In this document: positions 48,093 to 57,905 of the stretch, one piece after another
Layout of the letters: the number at the start of each line of letters is the position of its first letter
Position numbering within the stretch: position 1 is the stretch's first letter
Source: Candidatus Cloacimonadales bacterium
Lineage (GTDB): Bacteria > Cloacimonadota > Cloacimonadia > Cloacimonadales > DAONDQ01
DNA length: 64,000 nucleotides
Assembly: GCA_963662275.1 (NCBI GenBank)
Contig: OY759316.1
Span: forward strand, 992,001-1,056,000
Direction: 5' to 3'
The notes under the pieces: model-generated
What the model was told of the DNA's origin: nothing
Databases searched by the model: none
What the model saw: the letters and a program-made list of their open reading frames with translations, nothing else
Position numbers and translations under genes: made by a program

Positions 48093-49652
48093 AGCAAGAC
48101 GCCGTTCTTGCTATCTTCGTAAAGTAACACGCCGATGTTACTATCTGAAGACCAAAGAGCAGAAATCCAGCAAGAACGGCGTCTTGCTTTACATTGAACA
48201 GACAGCTATCTTCGTAAAGTAACACGCCGTTGTTACTATCTGAAGACCAAAGAGCAGAAATCCAGCAAGAACGGCGTCTTGCTTTACATTGAACAGACAG
48301 CTATCTTCGTAAAGTAACACGCCGATGTTACTATCTGAAGACCAAAGAGCAGAAATCCAGCAAGAACAGCGTCTTGCTTTACGCGGAACAGACAGCTATC
48401 TTCGTAAAGTAACACGCCGTTGTTACTATCTGAAAACCAAAGAGCAGAAATCCAGCAAGAACGGCGTCTTGCTTTACGCGGAACAGACAGCTATCTTCGT
48501 AAAGTAACACGCCGATGTTACTATCTGAAGACCATAGAGCAGAAATCCAGCAAGAACGGCGTCTTGCTTTACGCGGAACAGACAGCTATCTTCGTAAAGT
48601 AACACGCCGATGTTACTATCTGAAGACCAAAGAGCAGAAATCCAGCAAGAACAGCGTCTTGCTTTACATTGAACAGACAGCTATCTTCGTAAAGTAACAC
48701 GCCGTTGTTACTATCTGAAGACCAAAGAGCAGAAATCCAGCAAGAACGGCGTCTTGCTTTACATTGAACAGACAGCTATCTTCGTAAAGTAACACGCCGT
48801 TGTTACTATCTGAAGATCAAAGAGCAGAAATCCAGCAAGAACGGCGTCTTGCTTTACGCGGAACAGACAGCTATCTTCGTAAAGTAACACGCCGATGTTA
48901 CTATCTGAAGACCAAAGAGCAGAAATCCAGCAAGAACAGCGTCTTGCTTTACATTGAACAGACAGCTATCTTCGTAAAGTAACACGCCGTTGTTACTATC
49001 TGAAGACCAAAGAGCAGAAATCCAGCAAGAACGGCGTCTTGCTTTACATTGAACAGACAGCTATCTTCGTAAAGTAACACGCCGATGTTACTATCTGAAG
49101 ACCAAAGAGCAGAAATCCAGCAAGAACAGCGTCTTGCTTTACATTGAACAGACAGCTATCTTCGTAAAGTAACACGCCGTTGTTACTATCTGAAGACCAA
49201 AGAGCAGAAATCCAGCAAGAACGGCGTCTTGCTTTACATTGAACAGACAGCTATCTTCGTAAAGTAACACGCCGTTGTTACTATCTGAAGATCAAAGAGC
49301 AGAAATCCAGCAAGAACGGCGTCTTGCTTTACGCGGAACAGACAGCTATCTTCGTAAAGTAACACGCCGTTGTTACTATCTGAAGACCAAAGAGCAGAAA
49401 TCCAGCAAGAACGGCGTCTTGCTTTACGCGGAACAGACAGCTATCTTCGTAAAGTAACACGCCGTTGTTACTATCTGAAGACCAAAGAGCAGAAATCCAG
49501 CAAGAACGGCGTCTTGCTTTACGCGGAACAGAAAGCTATCTTCGTAAAGTAACACGCCGTTGTTACTATCTGAAGACCAAAGAGCAGAAATCCAGCAAGA
49601 ACGGCGTCTTGCTTTACGCGGAACAGACAGCAAGAACAGCGTCTTGCTTTAC
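48089..49652. repeat. Tandem array of 16 x 95-bp REP doublets
   Basis: GTAAAGTAAC recurs every 95 bp from 48119 to 49544; each unit has a forward and an inverted GTAA-headed palindrome. Confidence 0.95.
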
Positions 49653-51133
49653 TATGCTTTCCTAAAATCAATAAAACCGTGCTGGATATCTGTGCTTATA
49701 AGTTGTACACGTACTTTGTTACCGACATCCATACCTTCAAAACCACTGACTAGTCTTCCTTCAACGTGGGGGTGAAGAAGACGAACATACGTCCCTTTAT
49801 TTGATGCACCTGTGATAATACCATCAAATTGTTCACCTATTTTTGAAGCCAGTAATAAGGCTGCTGCTGACTTGCTGACTTGCCGTTCCACTTTTTTTGC
49901 AGCGTCTTCAGCTTCCGTACAATGTTTGGCAAGAGCTTCCAGTTCTTGGGTTTGATATGGGGTAGGACGACCTGCCATCGCTGCTTTTAATAATCGTTGT
50001 GTGATGATATCAGGATAACGGCGATTAGGTGCAGTTGAGTGTGCGTAATCTTTAACGGCAAGACCGAAGTGTCCAATGGAATTGCTGCTGGGCTGTTCGA
50101 CTACATATTCTCCTCCGCCAAGTAGTTTAACAACACTGAGTGATAGATCAGAAAAGTGGACAGGATCTGTTTGTTTCTCTGATAAAAGAAATTGGTTAAG
50201 TGCCTTTGGATCAGGGTTTATTGGTAACTTAAATCCTTTTTCAGCAGCAAGCTCAATGATTCGATCCCAACGCTTGGGAATTCTGACAACACGCCTCAAA
50301 GAAGGCATTCCTTTTGCTGAAAGATAACAGGCAACAACTCCGTTTGCAGCGATCATGAAATCTTCAATAATATCTTTTGCCCGATTCGTATTATCTGTAA
50401 TCAAATCAGTAAGTTCATCTTTTTCAAAGACAGGCGTAGCTTCCATACTTACCAGTTCAAGAGCACCATGTTCATGTCGCAGAGCTTTCATTTTTTGGGC
50501 AATCTCATCCTGGAGACGCAGGTTCTCTTCCAATCTATTCACAAGGCTGACAGCATATGGTATAGGTTCAAATCCTTCCAGCCATTGTCCAACACTGTGA
50601 TAGCTAAGTTTAGCATAATTCCTGACTAATGCGGAATACACATCCGCTTGTTTCACACTTCCGTCATTTGCCATGATCATATCAACCACAATTGCCATAC
50701 GATCTGATTCAAAACCTAATGAAGTGAAATCATTCGAGAGTTTCTCAGGCAGCATCGGGAATATTTCAGCAGTTGTATAGATTGATGTAGTATTATGTCG
50801 TGCATGTTTATCCAATTCAGACTGCTGATTCACAAGAGCATCAACATCAGCAATGGCAACCAGTATCCTGGCATCTCCACCGGGTAGCTTCTCTGCATAA
50901 GTAAGCTGGTCAAGATCTTGAGAATCATGATTATCTATCGAGCACCAGATAATCTCTCTCAAGTCATGAGATGTTTTTTCCATGTGAGTAGCAGGTCCGT
51001 GAATCCTGTCCAATTCCGCAAGTTCTGATAACATGAAATCTGGAAGTAATCCTCTTTCAATCATAACACGATGAGCAATATTGCGTAAGATAGAGCGATG
51101 CTGCTTGTTTTCTATTTCTGACATATTATTCAC
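49652..51133 (-). CDS. RNB-domain exoribonuclease (RNase II/R family)
   Basis: SIDNHDSQDLDQ, AIADV, IEDFMIAAN, HFGLA..YAHSTAPNRRYPD, C-terminal S1. Confidence 0.93.
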   Translation of the reverse strand: MNNMSEIENKQHRSILRNIAHRVMIERGLLPDFMLSELAELDRIHGPATHMEKTSHDLREIIWCSIDNHDSQDLDQLTYAEKLPGGDARILVAIADVDALVNQQSELDKHARHNTTSIYTTAEIFPMLPEKLSNDFTSLGFESDRMAIVVDMIMANDGSVKQADVYSALVRNYAKLSYHSVGQWLEGFEPIPYAVSLVNRLEENLRLQDEIAQKMKALRHEHGALELVSMEATPVFEKDELTDLITDNTNRAKDIIEDFMIAANGVVACYLSAKGMPSLRRVVRIPKRWDRIIELAAEKGFKLPINPDPKALNQFLLSEKQTDPVHFSDLSLSVVKLLGGGEYVVEQPSSNSIGHFGLAVKDYAHSTAPNRRYPDIITQRLLKAAMAGRPTPYQTQELEALAKHCTEAEDAAKKVERQVSKSAAALLLASKIGEQFDGIITGASNKGTYVRLLHPHVEGRLVSGFEGMDVGNKVRVQLISTDIQHGFIDFRKA

Positions 51134-51314
51134 CTTCCTAAATTAAATCATTGAGTTCCATTGTAAATACATACTAAATTATTGGATACAAAAATTTACA
51201 TCGATAAGCATATAATATATTCTCTTTACTGATAGTTCAATTGTGGTGCAGGATAAATTCCCATTGACAAGAATACTCTGAGAATCAATTCAATCAATGT
51301 GTTTCAGATACTGA

Positions 51315-52904
51315 TTGGAACGCTATTTGCTAAATGAATGTCATTCAATAGATTTAGAAAAGGATATGATTATGCAGCTTCACCAGGAATTTATTAAAAC
51401 CGCTAAACTGAACATGGATAGACTAGCTATTATTGATGTTATGATGGGCAAAGAATTGAAATATGATAAACTTCTGATTGCCTCATTGATTTTAGCGCAT
51501 CGTTTCAAGAAATATCCTGAAACTCGAATTGGCGTTATGATACCTACTTCTATTGGTTGTATGGTAACGGTAATGGGAATCCTGATGAGTGGGAAAACAC
51601 CGGCAATGATCAATTTCTCTACAGGTGCGATCGATAATTCCAAATATGCGCAGAGAAAATGCGGATTTAAAACAATCATCACTAGCAAGGCTCTCCTGGA
51701 AAAACTTAATCTTACACCAATACCTGGAATGGTCTTTTTAGAAGATATTATGGCTTCACTGAATGTCATCGAGAAATTACAAGCTGCCCTTCAATCTAAA
51801 CTACCCACGATAATTCTTCAGAATCTGGTTCACAAAGGCTCTCGCGAAGAAGCAGCTGTGATTCTCTTTACCAGCGGAAGTGAAAAAGACCCGAAGGCTG
51901 TACAGCTTTCCCATAAGAATCTTCTTCAGAATATCAATGCTTTTCCGGAAATGTTTGCTCTTTCGAAGGATGACATTATCTTGGCGAATTTGCCATTATT
52001 TCATGTATTTGGTTTTACCGTTACTTTTTTTCTGCCTCTGATCCTAGGTGGAACTTCTGTGGCTATCGCCAATCCATTGGATTATCAAATGATCGTGGAT
52101 TCCATCAAAAAATACAAAGCTACCTTAGTTGTGGCAACACCTACTTTTCTGCATGGTTATCTCAAGAAATCAAGTCCAGATGATTTTGCTTCTGTGAAAT
52201 ATCTCATGGCTGGAGCGGATAAACTTACTTCCCAAATTCGTGATGAGTACCTTCGGAAGCATCGTATTGAAATTATGGAAGGATATGGAGCTACTGAAAC
52301 CAGTCCGGTAGTAGCTGTAAATACTCCTCACGCAACTCGTTTTGGGAGTGTGGGTAAACCTATTCCCGGAGTCCAAGTACGAATCGTCGATCGTGAAACA
52401 GACGAAATACTTGGACCTGGTAAAGTGGGGAAAGTACTAGTCAAGGGTGATAATGTCATGCTTGGTTATTACGCTGATTTAGAAGAGACCTCAGTCCGTA
52501 TCCGTAATGGATGGTATGATACCGGCGATATGGGTATGATAGATGATGATGGTTATCTTTGGCATAAGGGAAGGCTAAAAAGATTTGTCAAGATAGGCGG
52601 AGAAATGATATCCTTGGTTTATGTTGAATCAGAGATGGAGAAGCTTTTACCGGAAGGAACTCTTTGCTGCGTTGTTGAGGTTCCTAATCCTTCGAAAGGA
52701 GCAGAGATTGTGGTTGCTTTGACTACCCAGGAAGTCGTTGCAAAGGATATTCAAAAGCAATTGAAAAAGATACTCCCTTCCATTGCCATGCCCAAAGAGT
52801 TCTATGTCATGGATAATCTACCGATGATGGGAAGTGGAAAAGTGAATTTCCGTGAAGTGGAAACTATCTGCAGGGAATTGCATGACCAGGCGAAGAAGAA
52901 GTAG
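51315..52904 (+). CDS. AMP-binding acyl-ACP/CoA synthetase (Aas synthetase-like)
   Basis: FTSGSEKDPK, EGYGATETSP, WYDTGD, GRLKRFVKIGGEM; true start probably 51366 or 51372. Confidence 0.9.
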   Translation: MERYLLNECHSIDLEKDMIMQLHQEFIKTAKLNMDRLAIIDVMMGKELKYDKLLIASLILAHRFKKYPETRIGVMIPTSIGCMVTVMGILMSGKTPAMINFSTGAIDNSKYAQRKCGFKTIITSKALLEKLNLTPIPGMVFLEDIMASLNVIEKLQAALQSKLPTIILQNLVHKGSREEAAVILFTSGSEKDPKAVQLSHKNLLQNINAFPEMFALSKDDIILANLPLFHVFGFTVTFFLPLILGGTSVAIANPLDYQMIVDSIKKYKATLVVATPTFLHGYLKKSSPDDFASVKYLMAGADKLTSQIRDEYLRKHRIEIMEGYGATETSPVVAVNTPHATRFGSVGKPIPGVQVRIVDRETDEILGPGKVGKVLVKGDNVMLGYYADLEETSVRIRNGWYDTGDMGMIDDDGYLWHKGRLKRFVKIGGEMISLVYVESEMEKLLPEGTLCCVVEVPNPSKGAEIVVALTTQEVVAKDIQKQLKKILPSIAMPKEFYVMDNLPMMGSGKVNFREVETICRELHDQAKKK

Positions 52905-53152
52905 TAGCAGAAGGTGTTAGGTGCTAGGTTCTAGGTGCTAGAGCAGAGAAGAGATGCAGAAGGTGTTAGGTTCCAGGTGCTGATAGCAGAAGGCACAAAG
53001 GCATGAAAGAGAGAAGAGAAAGCATTAAGAATTGTACGTGAGTTCTATAGTGATTAAATTCAACGAATTGTATCAAGGGATAAAAGACATTTTAAAAAGA
53101 TAGGTGTCAGGTACTTACTAGCACCTAACACCTAGAACCTAACACCTTTCCG

Positions 53153-54154
53153 CTAGTCTCCCAGTGTCGCCACCATCACAGCTTTGATCGTATGCATACG
53201 ATTCTCAGCTTCATCAAAGACAACGGAATTGGGACTTTCAAATACATCATTTGTTACTTCCATAGCAGGAAGTCCGAACTTGTTATTGATATCTCTACCA
53301 ATCACAGTATTCTGATCATGGAAAGCTGGCAGGCAATGCATGAAAAGAGTGGTTGATTTACCTGTCATTGCCATCATTTCCATATTAACCTGGAAAGGTT
53401 TGAGTAATTTGATACGGCTTTCCCATACGGAATCAGCTTCCCCCATGGAAACCCAAACATCGGTATAGATCACATCCGCATCTTTCACACCTTTAGCGAT
53501 GTTATCAGTGATGGTGATCTTAGCACCTGTATCAATAGCAATATCCTTACATTTATCAACTAGCTTTTTGTCTGGGTTCAATGATTTGGGAGTAATGATC
53601 CGGAAATCCATCCCCATCTTAGCTGCACCTATCATGAGGGCATTTGCCATATTGTTTCTGCCATCGCCTGAATAGACAAATACCATTTCATTATATGGTT
53701 TATTCAAATGTTCAGAAGCAGTGAGGAAATCTGCTAATATCTGTGTGGGATGATCTTCAGTGGTTAATCCGTTCCATACAGGGACGCCTGCATACTTTGC
53801 CAGGTCATTGACAATTTCCTGTCCATAACCACGATATTCGATACCATCATACATACGACCCAAGACACGGGCTGTATCAGCGATGGATTCTTTCTTGCCG
53901 ATCTGGCTGCCGCTTGGTCCAAGATACGTTACATGTGCTCCCTGGTCGTAAGCTGCCACTTCAAAGGCACAACGGGTACGTGTGGAGTCTTTTTCAAAGA
54001 TAAGGGCGATATTCTTCCCTTTCAATCGTTGTTGTTCTGTACCTGCATATTTTGCCTTCTTCAGGTCAGCAGATAAATCAAGTAGAAATAGAATTTCTTT
54101 TGGTGTAAAATCGAGTAATGTCAGAAAGTGCCGGTTTCTTAAGTTAAAAGCCAT
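53153..54154 (-). CDS. argF: Ornithine carbamoyltransferase
   Basis: DSTRTR, HPTQ, DVWVSMG, HCLP, AENRMH. May be the catabolic type (arcB). Confidence 0.95.
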   Translation of the reverse strand: MAFNLRNRHFLTLLDFTPKEILFLLDLSADLKKAKYAGTEQQRLKGKNIALIFEKDSTRTRCAFEVAAYDQGAHVTYLGPSGSQIGKKESIADTARVLGRMYDGIEYRGYGQEIVNDLAKYAGVPVWNGLTTEDHPTQILADFLTASEHLNKPYNEMVFVYSGDGRNNMANALMIGAAKMGMDFRIITPKSLNPDKKLVDKCKDIAIDTGAKITITDNIAKGVKDADVIYTDVWVSMGEADSVWESRIKLLKPFQVNMEMMAMTGKSTTLFMHCLPAFHDQNTVIGRDINNKFGLPAMEVTNDVFESPNSVVFDEAENRMHTIKAVMVATLGD

Positions 54155-54229
54155 GTCGCTCTCCTTTAAGGATTGAATTTGAGCTAAATTTAATGAATTG
54201 GTTCAGTAGGCAAGAAAAATCTGTTTACA

Positions 54230-55963
54230 CTAGTTCACAAAATCCCATTTAATACTCAACAAGTAAGTTAATGGCATCAATGAAGTATTAAAAGCATTTT
54301 CCTGGTTCATGATATTCTTTACCGTGAAACGTATGTCAAATTGCTTCGTGATTTGCAATCCCACATAAGCATCGAGAAGATCATCCAGGCTTTCATAACG
54401 AGCTGAAAGTATGGAAGTTGGTGACATACCAAAATCCAGGAATGATTTATCGCAATATGTTTGGGAGAATCCGAACATAAAACGATTATAATATGCCATA
54501 TCCATAAATGCATTAATATCTAAAGTAGATTGAAAATAAGGTGCTTCCAGTTTGTAATTGATTATTGTGTATAGCTTATGATACGTAAAGGGCATATTAG
54601 CGACCAATGAAATACAGGGCATCTGATCTTCCGCTTTATAGGTAAGCATATTAAACCCGTTATCCTGATTCTCTTGTTTGGTGACAAAGCCGAAATTAAA
54701 CTGGTACAACTGATTATACTGATTGTTAAACTGAAAACCAATTGTTGATTTAGAATATTGTAAGATCTTCTCATAGGGGATGCTTACGTTTTGAATATCA
54801 CCGGTTCTTTTAAAACCAGATACATTCAATACCATCGCGGTGCTACCTATAATTCTATACAGCCATTCATTATCATACCCAAAAGATAGTGGATTTGAAA
54901 TGTATATCTTACTTATTAAAAGTGATTTTGAGCTTTCATACTTGATCATCATTGTACCCAGGTCTTTCAAATCAGTAGGTGTTACAAACTGATTGTATTG
55001 TGAATACAATTCTGCTCCACCAAAATGTTCATATCTGACCTGCATGATGAATGGTTTGAAATTTACTTCTTTATCCACCAGTACCTGCCAGAAATTATGA
55101 CCACCGCTGAAAGATAGAGAATCACCGGTCCAATTGGCATGACTCATCTGGAATCCTGCATTCAGCCATTGATTCTGCCAGTATAGAGAGACCAATGCGC
55201 TTTTCTCTCTGATCGTCTGATATCCTGGAGCAGCATAGATCGTTTCATACTGAAAACGGGGAACATCCCAATCGAGTGAGTTGGCATGAAGCTGGAGGTT
55301 CCCACCTTTGGCAGCGAATTTTAAAAAGATGTCTTCAATGGTTGAATTATCATTCTGCCCACCCCAGATACCGCGTTGGAACAGTGCTCCAAATCTGCCA
55401 TACAAGCTATCTACAGAGACAAGTTCTTTTTTCCTGATTTGCATTTTAGCAAAATTCATATCCTGTCCACCGATGCCATATTCTGTTGAAGCAAGAGAAG
55501 CTGGATAGGGATACAGGTTCTCTTCAAATGAGATGGATCTGCCGAAGCTGATACAATCTGTGAAAGCCATACGTTTTTGAAGCTCATAACCGATTCCGAA
55601 AGGTGTTTGCCGAACGGTAAAGCCATGATCGTATAAATAGATGTCTTGTGCTGGTAATGCAGCGACATGATACTCTGAATTGTACATGAATACCTGTTTA
55701 TTAACACGTTCAAAAGGCTGGAATGTACGATTTACCAAAACGAGTGAATCTATAGTAGCTTTCATTGTAACTGGATTGAATGTGCTTTCCTGCTTTACCT
55801 GGGTTGTGTCTGCCTTAATTGATTGCTCAATATTCAATGAGTCTGAGTTCTCTATTTGCCTAACGTTTAAGGAATCAGCATCCTGAGCAAACAGAAATGC
55901 GCATCCAATCAGTAACAGGAACACATACAAATATCTCATAACCACCCTTTGTCTTGATACCAT
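54230..55963 (-). CDS. Hypothetical outer membrane beta-barrel protein
   Basis: Signal peptide; C-terminal VKNIMN...IKWDFVN beta-signal. Confidence 0.65.
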   Translation of the reverse strand: MVSRQRVVMRYLYVFLLLIGCAFLFAQDADSLNVRQIENSDSLNIEQSIKADTTQVKQESTFNPVTMKATIDSLVLVNRTFQPFERVNKQVFMYNSEYHVAALPAQDIYLYDHGFTVRQTPFGIGYELQKRMAFTDCISFGRSISFEENLYPYPASLASTEYGIGGQDMNFAKMQIRKKELVSVDSLYGRFGALFQRGIWGGQNDNSTIEDIFLKFAAKGGNLQLHANSLDWDVPRFQYETIYAAPGYQTIREKSALVSLYWQNQWLNAGFQMSHANWTGDSLSFSGGHNFWQVLVDKEVNFKPFIMQVRYEHFGGAELYSQYNQFVTPTDLKDLGTMMIKYESSKSLLISKIYISNPLSFGYDNEWLYRIIGSTAMVLNVSGFKRTGDIQNVSIPYEKILQYSKSTIGFQFNNQYNQLYQFNFGFVTKQENQDNGFNMLTYKAEDQMPCISLVANMPFTYHKLYTIINYKLEAPYFQSTLDINAFMDMAYYNRFMFGFSQTYCDKSFLDFGMSPTSILSARYESLDDLLDAYVGLQITKQFDIRFTVKNIMNQENAFNTSLMPLTYLLSIKWDFVN

Positions 55964-56907
55964 TCGTAGGTTTCTTTTAAATTATTGACCATATTTGGCT
56001 TGGGCTTGAAACCTAGCAAGCTTTTTGCTTTCTCATTACTGACGACCCAGTTTTTACCTGTTATTTCATCTTTCTTCTGCCAGTTCAAGACAGGTGCTTT
56101 TTTCGTCAGGAAACCACCCATTTCGGATAAAGCTGCTATCGGTATCAGGAGAGAATCAGGTAATTGAAGTTGCAGTGTCCAAGTAGGAATCACTTTATGT
56201 AAAGCATCAACGAAATCAGACTGATTATATGTTTTCCCATCAGATGCGAAAAATATTTGGTAGTGGGATGCTTTAGCTTCCAGAACTTTCGATATCAAAT
56301 CAGCCAGTTCCCTGACATATACGAAACTGATTCTTTTGTCTGGTTTTCCCAAATTTACTGACAAATGCTTTTGAATTGCCTGGAAAAAAGATAGAAAATC
56401 TTTATCTCCAGGACCATACACGGATGCCGGGCGGATAATTGTCCACGGTTTCAGGCAACCATCGATTAGCAGATGCTCAGCAATACGCTTGCTGCGTCCA
56501 TAATCGGTAATAGGATTACAGGGATCAGTTTCCTTCTTTGCTTGACACGGTGCAGCCATACCGGCAGCTGCCTGGCTGCTCAACATGACCAATTGACTAT
56601 TTGTTTCATTTAATTGATAGGCATACATGACTTTCTTTGTTAGTTCAACATTTGCCTGATAATATTCATTCCAATTTCGGGCACGAACTAAGGCAGCACA
56701 GTGAATGATAATGTCTTGTCCTGAAAATGCTGTATTCAAATCCTCTTGTGAATAATCTGTCTTAATTTGCTGAATATGGGGGAAAAGAAGCTTACAATTT
56801 GCAGAATTGCGAACCATAGCTGTAACGCTATATCCCTGTTCTTGTAAATATTGGGTAAGATAAGAACCTACAAATCCATTAGCACCTGTGATAAGTATTC
56901 TTTTCAA
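55936..56907 (-). CDS. NAD-dependent epimerase/dehydratase
   Basis: ITGANGFVG, YGRSK, RPASVYGPGD. Confidence 0.92.
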   Translation of the reverse strand: MKRILITGANGFVGSYLTQYLQEQGYSVTAMVRNSANCKLLFPHIQQIKTDYSQEDLNTAFSGQDIIIHCAALVRARNWNEYYQANVELTKKVMYAYQLNETNSQLVMLSSQAAAGMAAPCQAKKETDPCNPITDYGRSKRIAEHLLIDGCLKPWTIIRPASVYGPGDKDFLSFFQAIQKHLSVNLGKPDKRISFVYVRELADLISKVLEAKASHYQIFFASDGKTYNQSDFVDALHKVIPTWTLQLQLPDSLLIPIAALSEMGGFLTKKAPVLNWQKKDEITGKNWVVSNEKAKSLLGFKPKPNMVNNLKETYEWYQDKGWL

Positions 56908-56921
56908 TTCGCAATCCTTAT

Positions 56922-57040
56922 GTAGTACCGACTTCAGGCGGTAAGTTTCTGAATTATTAGTGTAGCACCCACGGTTGCTGAGCTTGTCGAAAGTATCAGC
57001 GGGTAATTCTATTCATGTAGCAACCACTTCAGCGGGTAAC
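56922..57040 (+). repeat. Cluster of GTAG-type REP-like hairpins
   Basis: GTAGTACCGACTTCAGGCGGTA, GTAGCACCC..., GTAGCAACCACTTCAGCGGGT. Confidence 0.6.
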
Positions 57041-57276
57041 GACTCATTCAATCTTATAATATCATCAATTTCTGGATAAATACTATATGGCAAGAAAAAA
57101 GAAAACAACTAATAACTCAAAACTAAAAGCTAAAAACTATAAGGTAAAGATATAAGCGTCTGGAGTTCAAATGCCCAAGCTCATTATCATTTAAAATCAT
57201 ACTTCAAGGGCATGCGGACTTTATAATCGATCTTACATCCCCAGTAGCGAAAACCTGCTTTTATTGATGCGCAATT

Positions 57277-57747
57277 TTATTGTACAAAAAATATACGATT
57301 CAGGTTACCGATGTCAGGCAATGTACCTTTCTTGAATTTGAAAAGTGGATTAACAACGAATTCATATTTCCCAGGTTTTTTGATAAAAACTGTATTTGTT
57401 ACAAACACTTGATCGTTTGGTTGGAGAACAGATATCGTATCCAATTTGGTTGCACTTGCTGTTGAGCTTGATTTCAAAGTATCACTGTAGGAAACAACAT
57501 CAATGACGGCTAGGGCAGTATTTGTAGAACTGGTACGATATTTAATTGCATAGATACCTAAATTGACAATTGTCAGCGAATAAGTGATAGGTTCACCAGC
57601 AAAATATGTTTCCTTCATGGTTTGAGTTGAATCCATAATGTTGCATTTGATTCTTACCAATCCGTTACTGATATCATTTGTAATTGCCGGGAGAATGCTG
57701 GATATCATGCAGGTTAAGGCTATTATAAGTAGATACAGAATACGCAT
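57277..57747 (-). CDS. Hypothetical secreted Ig-like protein
   Basis: Signal peptide; GEPITYSLTIVN, KPGKY. Confidence 0.65.
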   Translation of the reverse strand: MRILYLLIIALTCMISSILPAITNDISNGLVRIKCNIMDSTQTMKETYFAGEPITYSLTIVNLGIYAIKYRTSSTNTALAVIDVVSYSDTLKSSSTASATKLDTISVLQPNDQVFVTNTVFIKKPGKYEFVVNPLFKFKKGTLPDIGNLNRIFFVQ

Positions 57748-57905
57748 ATCACCACCTCTTTAAAGAAAAAGTAACCCGAATCGTACAGATGTCAATCTTT
57801 CACATGAATGAACGACTATCTAAGTTGTACACTGTACGCTGTACGCTGTTCCCTTCTGCAATTTCTATTGACATGAAAAAGATTATTTCAATATCTAATC
57901 ATTAA

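Noticed and set aside
48089..49652. CRISPR or other guide-RNA array
   Set aside because: No variable spacer segments, only a few biallelic sites.
48025..49775. Repeated 60-71 aa ORFs in the track
   Set aside because: By-products of the 95-bp repeat; the period is not a multiple of 3 and no RBS is evident.
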